Source: a virus
Taxonomy: Duplodnaviria; Caudoviricetes
Direction: 5' to 3' (one strand)
Length of the DNA: 64,000 nt
IMG/VR virus record: IMGVR_UViG_2706796753_000001
Span: 1-64,000 of that record
Below are positions 46,974 through 57,300 of this stretch, one piece after another. Each line of letters begins with the position of its first letter. Position 1 is the stretch's first letter. Below the pieces are notes generated by a model. It did no database searches. It worked only from the letters and a program-made list of their open reading frames with translations, and was not told where the DNA came from. The translations under genes and the position numbers were made by a program.

Positions 46974-47003
46974 AGGCTGCCCGAAAAATGGGTAGTCTTT
47001 TTT
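46974..47003 (+). terminator. Terminator after the 3D gene
   Basis: AGGCTGCCC-loop-GGGTAGTCT followed by T-tract. Confidence 0.8.
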
Positions 47004-47067
47004 CTATGTTATAATTAAATTATGAGACAAGTGTTATATTATTAATAGAAAACTAGGAGGTAATAAA

Positions 47068-47499
47068 ATGAATTTAGACCCAAATACAGTGCAAAGTGAG
47101 ATTGCTCATTTACAAGAGCAGCCAACAAGAGAGGAAAGAGAAGCGCAAGAACAACAAGAAAAGCGTGATATCATTGATAGAATTATCCGTGGTAAGAACG
47201 ATGTGTTTGTCAAGACATATGATTTACCAGACTACGATTTACACTTCACAATTAAAATTAAAGCGCCTAACGCAATCGAAGTAGGTCGTATCCAAGCGAT
47301 GACATCTGGTTACTTAGGAGGTATGAATACATATCAATCACAATATTTCTTAACAGTGTTCCAAACATTAGCTGCGATTCGCGTATGCGGACAAGATATC
47401 CCAGACTACCTTAAAAAGGATGAAGAGATTTATAACTTAGAGGTACTTTACGAGATTGGGGTTGATTATGCTAAGTGGCTAAATTCATTTCGCAGATAG
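47068..47499 (+). CDS. Tail assembly chaperone (short form)
   Basis: Position before the tape measure gene; ends TCA TTT CGC AGA TAG. Confidence 0.8.
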   Translation: MNLDPNTVQSEIAHLQEQPTREEREAQEQQEKRDIIDRIIRGKNDVFVKTYDLPDYDLHFTIKIKAPNAIEVGRIQAMTSGYLGGMNTYQSQYFLTVFQTLAAIRVCGQDIPDYLKKDEEIYNLEVLYEIGVDYAKWLNSFRR

Positions 47500-48127
47500 T
47501 ATTCAGAAACACGGAGGGCTAAAACAATTAGCACGTGTTCCTTATATGCGAAATCTGTGGGCTCTGCTTACAAAGTTCGAGACACTACCAACTGATGAGA
47601 GCTTTAGACAACTATCTGATTTACAGGTAGATTTAATGCTTTACTCTATGACAGAAGATGCACGTGAAATCGAACGAGCAAGACGCGGAGTTACTGGTGA
47701 AGAAGACCATTACGATTCATCATTCGAAGACGAAGTATGGAACAAACCTGTTGGTGAATGGGAAGTACTTAAAGACGGTCACGACCCTAATGAGATTGCT
47801 AGACAAGTTGAAGCTCTTACTGCCGAGAAAGATAGAAAAGACCTTGCAGGTCGATTTGACGGACTTGAGGACTACAACGAGCACATCGAAAATGGCGGCA
47901 TGACTAGTCGTGAGTCGGAAGTATCTGCACACATCGCTAGACAGCTTGCAAAAGCCGAAGAGCGAGCGAAAGAACTTACCGAGGGCAAACCATCTGGTAA
48001 ACGATTCATCGATGATACAGAGCTTACTGGTGAGTCTGACGAGGGATACAATCCACTTAATAAAGCTGCGATGGATAAAGCAATCGCAATGTTCGAAGAT
48101 GAGGATGATGAGTTTACAATGCTTTAG
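47489..48127 (+). CDS. Tail assembly chaperone extension in the +1 frame
   Basis: Frame open from 47483; no properly spaced SD before ATG 47546. Confidence 0.7.
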   Translation, partial: FADSIQKHGGLKQLARVPYMRNLWALLTKFETLPTDESFRQLSDLQVDLMLYSMTEDAREIERARRGVTGEEDHYDSSFEDEVWNKPVGEWEVLKDGHDPNEIARQVEALTAEKDRKDLAGRFDGLEDYNEHIENGGMTSRESEVSAHIARQLAKAEERAKELTEGKPSGKRFIDDTELTGESDEGYNPLNKAAMDKAIAMFEDEDDEFTML

Positions 48128-48181
48128 GGGTAGGGGCGCAAGCTTCCTGCCTTATTTTAAATAAAAGGAAGGTGAAAAAGT

Positions 48182-51100
48182 TTGGCTAATAGAGAATCGT
48201 TTATTTTTGATGTAAACGCCGATATATCGCAAGCCATGTCTGGTTTAGAGAAAGTTAAACGAGCTATGGACGATATTGATTCACTTCGTAAAAAAGGTGA
48301 AGGAAAAGGTCGTACCACTTCTAACAAAGACATGTTAGATGCAATGCGTATAGCAAAACAAGCAGCTCAAGAATATAGAAATCTTCAAAAGCAGCTAAAA
48401 GATTTAGATAGACAAATCAAGACATCCTCTAACAAGATGTTAAATAAAGACCAGTCTGCTGAGTTAAAGAAACGCACAGGTCTTAACATGAACACCAAGA
48501 AGGAATATCAAAACTTCATCAAGAACCAACAACGTGAAATGAAGCGTATGCAAGACAGTATCAGACGAGCTCAAAACGACATGGCGCGCTTTGGTCAAAC
48601 ATACTCTAAGAACTTCCAAACGAACTACCAGCAAAAAGGTATCATGCACGTTGATACGAAGAATTTAGGTGAAGCGAAGAAAGTTGTTCAAGGTGTCTTA
48701 GACGAGACACGAAAGACATCTGGGGAATTAGACGATGTTATTAAAAAGATTAAAGAAGCGAAGAAGCTGGATAGACGTGCAGAGAGTTTATCTCGTAGAG
48801 CAAGCGCGTCGAACTATATGTCACATCAACAAGCATCTAACTTCACGAAAGACTTGAACACTTCACGTGTAGACTATCGTAACTATAAAGATGCTAACGT
48901 TACTAGGTTAACACAAATCTCAACAGATATCACGAAGTTTGCTCAACAAATTTCTGACATCGAGAGGAAACCTAACGCTACTCAAGATGATATCACTAAG
49001 CGTAGTAAATTGCAAGAGAATATTGCAGCATTAGATAGAGAGTGGTCTGCTCGTTCTGAATTGAATAAAGTTCTGGAAGAGACTACAGCTAACATGGAAC
49101 GATACAATCAATCCTTACAAGGTGTAGAAAAGAAACCAGAACGTGGTACTTGGAGAGGTATGGCTTATGAACGTGCCCCAGCTATCGCACTAGCAGTAAT
49201 GGGAGCAGTAACAGCCGCCGTAGGTAAGCTTTATAGTCAAGGTAGTTCGTTAAGTAGAGAGATGCGCGGTAACGAAGTTTATATCGGTCAACAAACTGGT
49301 GAAGCTGGTGGCTCTTGGAGAAGTAACGTTCGTAACAACGCTATGGAAGCAGGTCTTAAAAATAGACTAGGATTCACAGGCGTAGAGATGCTAGGATTCC
49401 AAGAAAGTTATTTAACAGCTAAAGGTTTCACAAACCGCAAAGACTTGACATCCGCGATGGAAGGACAAGCTACATTTAGTCGAGCAACAGGTATCGATGC
49501 ATCAGAAACGAAAGACTTCTTCAACACCGCTTACCGTAGTGGTGGTTTATCTGGTCTTCAAACTAAGTCATTCCAGAATGCGTTCTTAGGAGCGATAAAA
49601 CAATCTGGTATGGAAGGTCGAGAAAAAGACCAGCTTAAAGCCTTAGACGGTATCTTGAATGGTATGTCACAGAACCGTTCTATCTCTTCTCAGGACATGA
49701 TGAGAACAGTAGGACTACAATCTGTTTTAGCAGGTTCTGGGGTAGGCGCACTCCAAGGTAGTAAGGGTGGCGCGTTAATGGCGAGTATGGATGAAGGTAT
49801 CCGTAAAGGATTCGATGACCCATCTCTACGTGTACTATTCGGTCAAGGTACGAAGTTTCAAGGTATGGAAGGACGTCGTGCTCTTCGTAAGCAAATGGAG
49901 CAAGGAGTATCAAACGTTGACAATGTTAACACCATGATTGATGCAGCTATGGCGCAAGGTGGAGGTAGTCGAGACGCGCAAATTGAAGCTTTAACATCAT
50001 TAGCTCACCGTATGGGTATCGATATGAGTGACCAGCAATCAGAAGGGTTATTCAAGCTTAAGGAACAAGGTAAGCTCACAAAAGGCAATATCGATAAAAT
50101 CATGAAGGATAGCGCTAAGGAAGGTGCTAAAGAATCTAAGAAACGTCAAGAAAACTATGAGAAGTCAAGTGCAGCTACAGACAGTCAGAGTGAATCGGTA
50201 ACCGCTAAACAAGCTGTAGGTATCAACGATATGGGTGAAGCCGTTCGTAAAGCCAATGCAGCTCTAGGCGGATTACCAGCCCCATTATACGGAGCAGTCG
50301 TAGCCGTAGGAGCATTCACAGCTTCTATGTTAGCCGCAGCAGTAGCCTTTAGAGGTGCTGGAATGATTCGTGGTGGTTTAGCCCAAACGTACGGTAACGG
50401 AGGCGGAGGCGCTGGTGGCGGTGTAGGTGGTACTGGTCGTGGAGCTGGTACAGCCGCAGGTGCAGGAGCTGCCGCATCACAAGGTACATTTGCAGAAGGT
50501 GTAGTACCATCTACAGGCGGTGTATCTAACGGTGCAACCAGACAGTATCAAGGCGCTAACAACGGTGGTATCTTTAGTGGTATCAAGAACTTCTTCGACC
50601 CTAGCGCTAGAGCTGGTGGATTACCTAACTTAGGAACTGGAGAAGCGCTTGCAGCAGGAGCAACAGTTGCAGGTGGAGCGGCGGCAGCTAAAAGTTTCCC
50701 TAATCTGTTTAAAGGCGGATTAAAAGATAGTATAGCTCTTAAAGGTCTTAATAAGATTATGTTACCTCTTGCAGCATTGTCCGCATTTAGTACGATAACT
50801 TCCGCACCAGATGACAAGAAAGGGGAAGCAACAGGAAGCGCAGTAGGCGGTATCGGCGGTGGTATTCTTGGTGGAGCAGCAGCAGGGGCAGCAGCAGGTT
50901 CAATAATTCCAGGGGCTGGTACACTGGTCGGAGGAGCTATTGGTCTAGCTGGAGGGATTGTCGGAAGTATATTCGGTAGTTCTGTCGGCGGAGGCATCGG
51001 TAGTTGGTTCGATTCTGATGAACCTAAAGATACAGCTCCAGCAGAGATGACTAGTGAGCCTACGGTAGCTCCTACGAACACATCGAACATTACAGGAGCT

Positions 51101-52062
51101 CCATCCGTTTCAACCATGCCTAACGCTAATGGTGCAGTTGACGTATCTACAATGCCTAATATGGGCGGCACAGCTAACCAGATTACAAACATGGTAGATA
51201 AAGAAAACACAAACACGAAAAAGCAAACGGAAGGTAAGAAAACGGACAACCTTGCTTACGAACGCGAGAACTTATCCCTATATGAACGTATGTTAGTGAA
51301 GGCAGAGCAGATACTTGCGCAAGCTAGAGCGCAGAACGGTATTATGGGTATGGGTGGCGCTGGAGGCGCTGGTGGAACTAACGGTATTAACGGTTTCACT
51401 GGTGGAGGCTCGTTGAAGTTCTTACCAGATGGTCAGAAGTGGTCAAACAGTAACTTGACACAACATGACTTAGGTACAACAGACCAGAAGTTAACAGCCG
51501 AAGACTTAGATAGTTGGATTAACTCTAAAGCACCAGAAGGCTCAATGATGCGCGGTATGGGTGCAGTATTCTTAAAAGCTGGACAAGAAACTGGACTTGA
51601 CCCACGTTACTTAATCGCACATGCGGCTGAGGAGTCTGCTTGGGGTACATCTAAAATCGCTAGAGACAAGGGTAACTTCTTCGGAATCGGTGCATTCGAT
51701 GATAGCCCATATGCAAGTGCCTCGAATTCAAAGACGGTTCGGGTTCTGCTGCTGAGAGAGGTATCATGGGTGGTGCGAAATGGATTGCCGATAAGTACTA
51801 CGGAAAAGGTCGAACAACTCTTGACGCGATGCACAAAGCTGGATACGCAACAAACTCTGATTGGGCTACAAACATTGCAAGCATCATGAAGGGCGCACCA
51901 TCTGGTTCGGGCTCTGGTAATGTGACTGCCACAATCAACGTCAACGTTAAAGGAGATGAAAAAGTATCTGACAAAATAAAGAGCTCTAGTGACATGAAGA
52001 AAGTCGGTACAAACGTCGGAAACATGTTAGGGTTCTTCTCTAGAGAGATGGTAGTGGTGTAA
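48182..52062 (+). CDS. Tape measure protein with C-terminal glucosaminidase (GH73-like) domain; 1-nt frameshift near 51721
   Basis: Long helical and Gly/Ala-rich body; DPRYLIAHAAEESAWG, NFFGIGAFD, and YAT in the second frame. Confidence 0.88.
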
Positions 52063-52102
52063 TGCCATCCATCTCTTTTTTAAATTAAAAAGGAGGTAAA
52101 AC

Positions 52103-54343
52103 ATGGTACAAATACAGAAACGGTATCCAACAATTGAGGTAAATCTAATTACAGAAAATACCTCATATGAAATTACATACGATACAAAGAAACAGCTATC
52201 TTCGGACAGCTTTGAAAATGCAATCATTAGTTTAAGTACCAAGAATAGTATGGGTGATGATAGTCCTGCGTTCTCTATGATTGTCACAGCCGTAGATAAG
52301 TGGGATAAGATAATCGGAGCAAACGACCTTATCCGTATCAAAGCTATCCCAGACGTTACAGACAAAGTTCCTGATAATCCTTGGATAATGGTTGGTATGA
52401 TATCAGATATCAAAAAAGAAGGGGAATACTCAAACGGTACACTTGTATATCGTATTACTGGACAAGCAATGACAAAAGCATTAATCAATTTCCAAGTAGG
52501 TGTAATTCAACAGTTCGCTGCATTAGCCCCAGACCTTGGTTGGTTACCAGATGGTACAGAGCAAGGATTACATTTCTCTGGTAAATCTGCTGCTAGTATC
52601 GCTAACGAACTAATGGATAGATTCCTGTATAAATATGCTCAGTATGCATTCAATGACGGTAAAGGACTACAAGACTATTTCACACATGAATTCAAGAGCT
52701 GGGAAGATGCAGAGTCACTACAAGACCCATCACCATTCGTCAACTATCAAGGTAGTTTAAGACAGTTCTTAGAAGATATCGCAGCGAAACCATTTAATGA
52801 ATTGTACTTTGATTTCACTAAAGATGGTAGATGTATTGCATTGATGAGACCAACTCCATTCGACCCTGAGAACTGGAATCAACTCCCATCGTATTCTATC
52901 ACAAGTGATATCGTATTACAGGAGTCAGTCGGTAAAAATGATGTGGAAGCATTCTCAGTATACGTAGTAGAAGCCCCTAACATCGTAGAGTATACCAGCT
53001 TAGATTTAGGGGTGTATCCAAGATTCCATCCAGAGCTTATCAAGAAATACGGATATAAGAGATTAGATGCTCAGAATAGATATTTAATGACCGCAGATAA
53101 AGCAAGACAAAACAATGGTCAAGCAGCAAACGGTACACCTGCTACAGGCGGGAGCACAGGCGGTATGCCAACACCTACCCCTATGACAATTACTCCAGCC
53201 ACAACACCAGCTACTACACCATCCGCACAACCATCATTTTCTCAGGTCGATGATTTCTTGACAAGTAATAACTTTAAAGACCCAGAGATAATCCGTAAGA
53301 ATAAGTCTCAGTTGAGTGCAGCAATAAAAGTAAAATTCCCAACAATGACACAATCCATGACAAACAGTATTGTAGATGCTCTTCAAAGCAACACATGGAA
53401 TTCTGATAGCTATACTCAGATTGTTAAGGCTGCTACAGGTGACGTTAACGGTGCGACAACGAATGAGAAAAGCGCGGACAATGTAAAGTTAAAAGATTTC
53501 ACAGATAGACTATTCAACTGGTACTGCGAGAATCCTAACTTCTATAGTGGCGATATCCGTGTTATTGGTAACCCGATGTTTCGTGTAGGTACTAGATTAC
53601 TATACGAAGATTTCGAACAAGAAACAACATGGGAATTCTACGTAGAATCCGTCCAACACGAGTTCTCCTTTACAAGTGGTTATTCCACTATATTAGGAGT
53701 AACAAGAGGTTTACAGGACTCTGGTCAGAGACGTTTCAGTAACTTATGGGGTAAATCAGAAGACTTCAAAGGTGGGTACTTAGGTGAGGATACCGTAGCA
53801 ACTCTACTAGAGAAAGCAAAGAAAGCTAGAGAAGCTATGGGACAAGGAACTGGTAATACTGGAAGCGGCGGTATGGGTGGAGGCGCTGGTGGCGCTGTGG
53901 CAATGCAAGCCCTAGCTACTGCACGAGAGATGACATCTAAACCTTCCGTATACGTATTCGGTGGCGGACGTTCTGGTAACAACCCATTCTTAGGTTCTCC
54001 GATTAAGATTGACTGTTCTTCATTCGTATGGTGGTGCTATAACCTACACGGAGTACAGCTTAATGGTGGAGCTACAGGAATGACAACAGATACCATCGCT
54101 AAGGATTCAAGGCTGCAAGTCGTTAGTCCACGAGGAGGAGATAAGAAGGCGGCGATGTCACAGTTAATGGAGGGAGATATAATCTACTTCGATACCTACA
54201 AATCGGACGGTCATATCGTTATCTATTCGGGTAATGGTAAGTTCATAGGCTCGCAGAGTAGTAATGGTATCAAGGAGGAAGACCTAAATAGCTCATATTG
54301 GCAAAAGGTGTTCAACGGACACGTAAGACGGTTTGTGGGATAA
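52103..54343 (+). CDS. Baseplate hub/tail-associated lysin with NlpC/P60 peptidase
   Basis: YVFGG...IDCSSFV...GDIIYF...GHIVIY. Confidence 0.88.
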   Translation: MVQIQKRYPTIEVNLITENTSYEITYDTKKQLSSDSFENAIISLSTKNSMGDDSPAFSMIVTAVDKWDKIIGANDLIRIKAIPDVTDKVPDNPWIMVGMISDIKKEGEYSNGTLVYRITGQAMTKALINFQVGVIQQFAALAPDLGWLPDGTEQGLHFSGKSAASIANELMDRFLYKYAQYAFNDGKGLQDYFTHEFKSWEDAESLQDPSPFVNYQGSLRQFLEDIAAKPFNELYFDFTKDGRCIALMRPTPFDPENWNQLPSYSITSDIVLQESVGKNDVEAFSVYVVEAPNIVEYTSLDLGVYPRFHPELIKKYGYKRLDAQNRYLMTADKARQNNGQAANGTPATGGSTGGMPTPTPMTITPATTPATTPSAQPSFSQVDDFLTSNNFKDPEIIRKNKSQLSAAIKVKFPTMTQSMTNSIVDALQSNTWNSDSYTQIVKAATGDVNGATTNEKSADNVKLKDFTDRLFNWYCENPNFYSGDIRVIGNPMFRVGTRLLYEDFEQETTWEFYVESVQHEFSFTSGYSTILGVTRGLQDSGQRRFSNLWGKSEDFKGGYLGEDTVATLLEKAKKAREAMGQGTGNTGSGGMGGGAGGAVAMQALATAREMTSKPSVYVFGGGRSGNNPFLGSPIKIDCSSFVWWCYNLHGVQLNGGATGMTTDTIAKDSRLQVVSPRGGDKKAAMSQLMEGDIIYFDTYKSDGHIVIYSGNGKFIGSQSSNGIKEEDLNSSYWQKVFNGHVRRFVG

Positions 54344-54378
54344 CAATGCTATAATTAAGAAAAAGGAGGAATAACTAC

Positions 54379-57300
54379 ATGAGCGAATTCGAAACACCAT
54401 TAAACCCGTTGCGTATACAAGCGCAATTGGGTAAAGATGTAAAAAGACTTTACAAAGAGGGTAGCAATATTGTTACTCTTTCTTTTGCTAAGGTCGTTAA
54501 AGTTAACTACAAATATAATACGGTTGATGTAATCACAACTCGCCACAAAAACTCAACAACTAAAAATCCTAATGACAACGGTAAGTTCTCTGCTAAACTA
54601 CCTATAGCTTTCGGTGGACGTACAGCAAATGGTAATGTCTACGGAGCTAACACACTAGTTACAGTTGGTTCTACAGTCCTTATAGGATTCCTAGAAGGTC
54701 AAGTAGATAATCCTATCGTAATCAATATCTACGGAGAGAATGACAACCAGTCAATGCTAACTCGTACAACAATGACAAGCGGAGACGATTCCGAAGAAAT
54801 TGTACAACGCGAGCTATGGCAGCTATTTAATTTATACCCTTCTATGACATATGAAAATATAGATGGACGTGGTAACCGTGAAGTCACTTTCTCAGGTAAA
54901 ACATTCTTGTATATTACCGATACAGACCAAGAGAACGCATATGTACAAGATGGTGCATTTGACTACATGGATTTACCAAGTTCAAGATACGCTAATGGTG
55001 AACTAATTGAGCCAGAATCCCCTAAAGCACCGACACTTCTATATGTACATCAAGGCATTTACGATGACCATAGATTCACTGTGTTCATCAAATCAGACGG
55101 CACATTCCGTGTAGGTAGTCGTCATACAAAAGGTAACCGTCATGGTATTACATATCAGCAAATGAATCCAGATGGTAGTTTCTCTATTGTGAAGAAGAAC
55201 GATACGACTGACCCAGAAGAAGAGTCTTACGACCAGTCTTCTATGGAAATCCTTCCAAATGGTAACGTCCTATTACAGAATCCACAACACAAGTTCGAAA
55301 TTACCGAAGAGGGTGTCCTTGTCGATGGTAAAGAGATTGGCTCTGGTGGTGGTAACGGAGGCGGAGACTATGACGAAGCCATTAAAGAAATCAATGACGC
55401 ATTGAGCAGAATTTCTATCACAGTTAAAGCCGTTGAAGGTGGTTTGGAGACAAAGGTTGAAAAGGACACATACGAGATTGACCTTGATGAAGTAAAAGGA
55501 GCACAAGAGAGATTACTAGCGGAAATCAAGACTAACATCGCTGACCTTAAAAACGCATTAGAAGACTTACGTACATTCATTGGCTCTGGATTCCCAGATG
55601 GTCAAGTAACAGATGCACGTAAAGTAGAACTGAATAAAAAGCTACAAAACATTGATGTTCTTAAATCTGTAGTTGATGGTAAGTACGATGAGGTTATGGC
55701 TGACCCGTTTATTGGGGATACATCTAAAATCCCTTTACAGAACGCTAAAAACAAAATAGATGGATATCACCAAGCTCTACATAACGTTATCGATGCATCT
55801 ATTACAGACGGAGTGTTAACAGCTCAAGAGAAGTCCGATATCAACAAAGCTATTACAAACTACGTGACTGCTCTAGCGGATATCGAAATTGTGTTTGCGT
55901 CATCTATCCAAGAGTCTATTAAAGCACGATTAAAAGAAGCGGTAGACAACCCAGTTAACTACACAAGTAAAGAGATGCTTCGACAAAGTTCTGTGCTGAC
56001 ACAACTGTTTAATTCTTTAACTCTTAAAGTTAGTTCTGAACAGCTAACATCTCAGGTACAAAACCTAGAATCAAAAATGGCTACAAAAGAAGAACAAAAA
56101 GAGATTAAGAATGAACTAGAGAAAGTAAACGAGAAGGTCGATGGTACGCTATCAAATCTTCCATACCGTGTAGAAGTATCATCTACGAATGGTACAATCT
56201 TCGTAAACGACTATATCGATACAAGAATATACGCTAAGATTTATAAAGGTGCGGAAGATGTCACAGCTCAAGCAGCATTGAAGGATATTATCTGGACTCG
56301 TGTATCGGATGATACTGCTGCGGATGCTGCGTGGAATAGTAGCCATGTAAATATTGGTGATTCGTTCCAAGCCTCTGTAAACGATGTGAAGGATAGAGCT
56401 ACGTTCTTCTGTGCATATAAAACTCCAGCAGTCGCTACAGGTAGCATCACAGTGGCTAACTTACGAGATATCACTGTATCAGACAAAGAGCCAGCAAACC
56501 CTAGAAACGGTACGATGTGGTTCGACACGAAAGAAGGTAAACTTAAAATCTTCTTAAATAATAAGTGGGAAGTATCTTCTAAAGACCTAGACTTCAATAT
56601 CCGTAACTTGTTCTTAAACTCTCGTGACTGTACAGGTGGGGGTTGGACGCTTCAAAATGCAACAAGAACAAACAACCAGTACCAAGGTACATACATCATA
56701 GAGACAGCTATTAACTGGGGGAGCGCCGATTACGCTTGTCAAAACCTATTCACACGTGGAGTAGTTAAAAAAGGAGATAAAGTTACATATTGTGTACTTG
56801 CTAGACTAACAGGCGCTACAGGAGTATCAAAAGATTTACGATTCTACTGTGAAAATGCCGCAGTAAACGGAAGTATCATAGGTCAAGTTACAACGGAGTG
56901 GAAGCAGTTCTATGTAACAATAGATATTGTAGATGCCATGAATACTGCTGGTAGTAAAATGCGTGTCGAGGTTGCAGACTTAGAAGCAGCTAACCTTAAG
57001 TTACAGACTACGAGCCCTATCCTAGTACAAGGTGAAGTAGCAGTAAACTGGATTCCTGCTCCAGAGGATACTCAACGTGACATCGACGACCTTAACACAA
57101 ATGTAAACTCTTTAGGTGACGATTCTAAATTAACTCGTTTCGAGAGAAGTTTAGTACGTACATCATTAGCAGATATCACAGGCGTTTACTACAACCCAAC
57201 AGACACTCCAGCAACTATCGCACAGATTGATACAGCAGGATACGGTAAGGGTAAATTATACGCATTACGTCAACAAGCTCGCAACTTAGGGTTAGATACA

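Noticed and set aside
50548-51249. 233-aa antisense ORF and the other opposite-strand ORFs in the track
   Set aside because: These are shadow frames of Gly/Ala-rich or otherwise biased real genes, without SDs.
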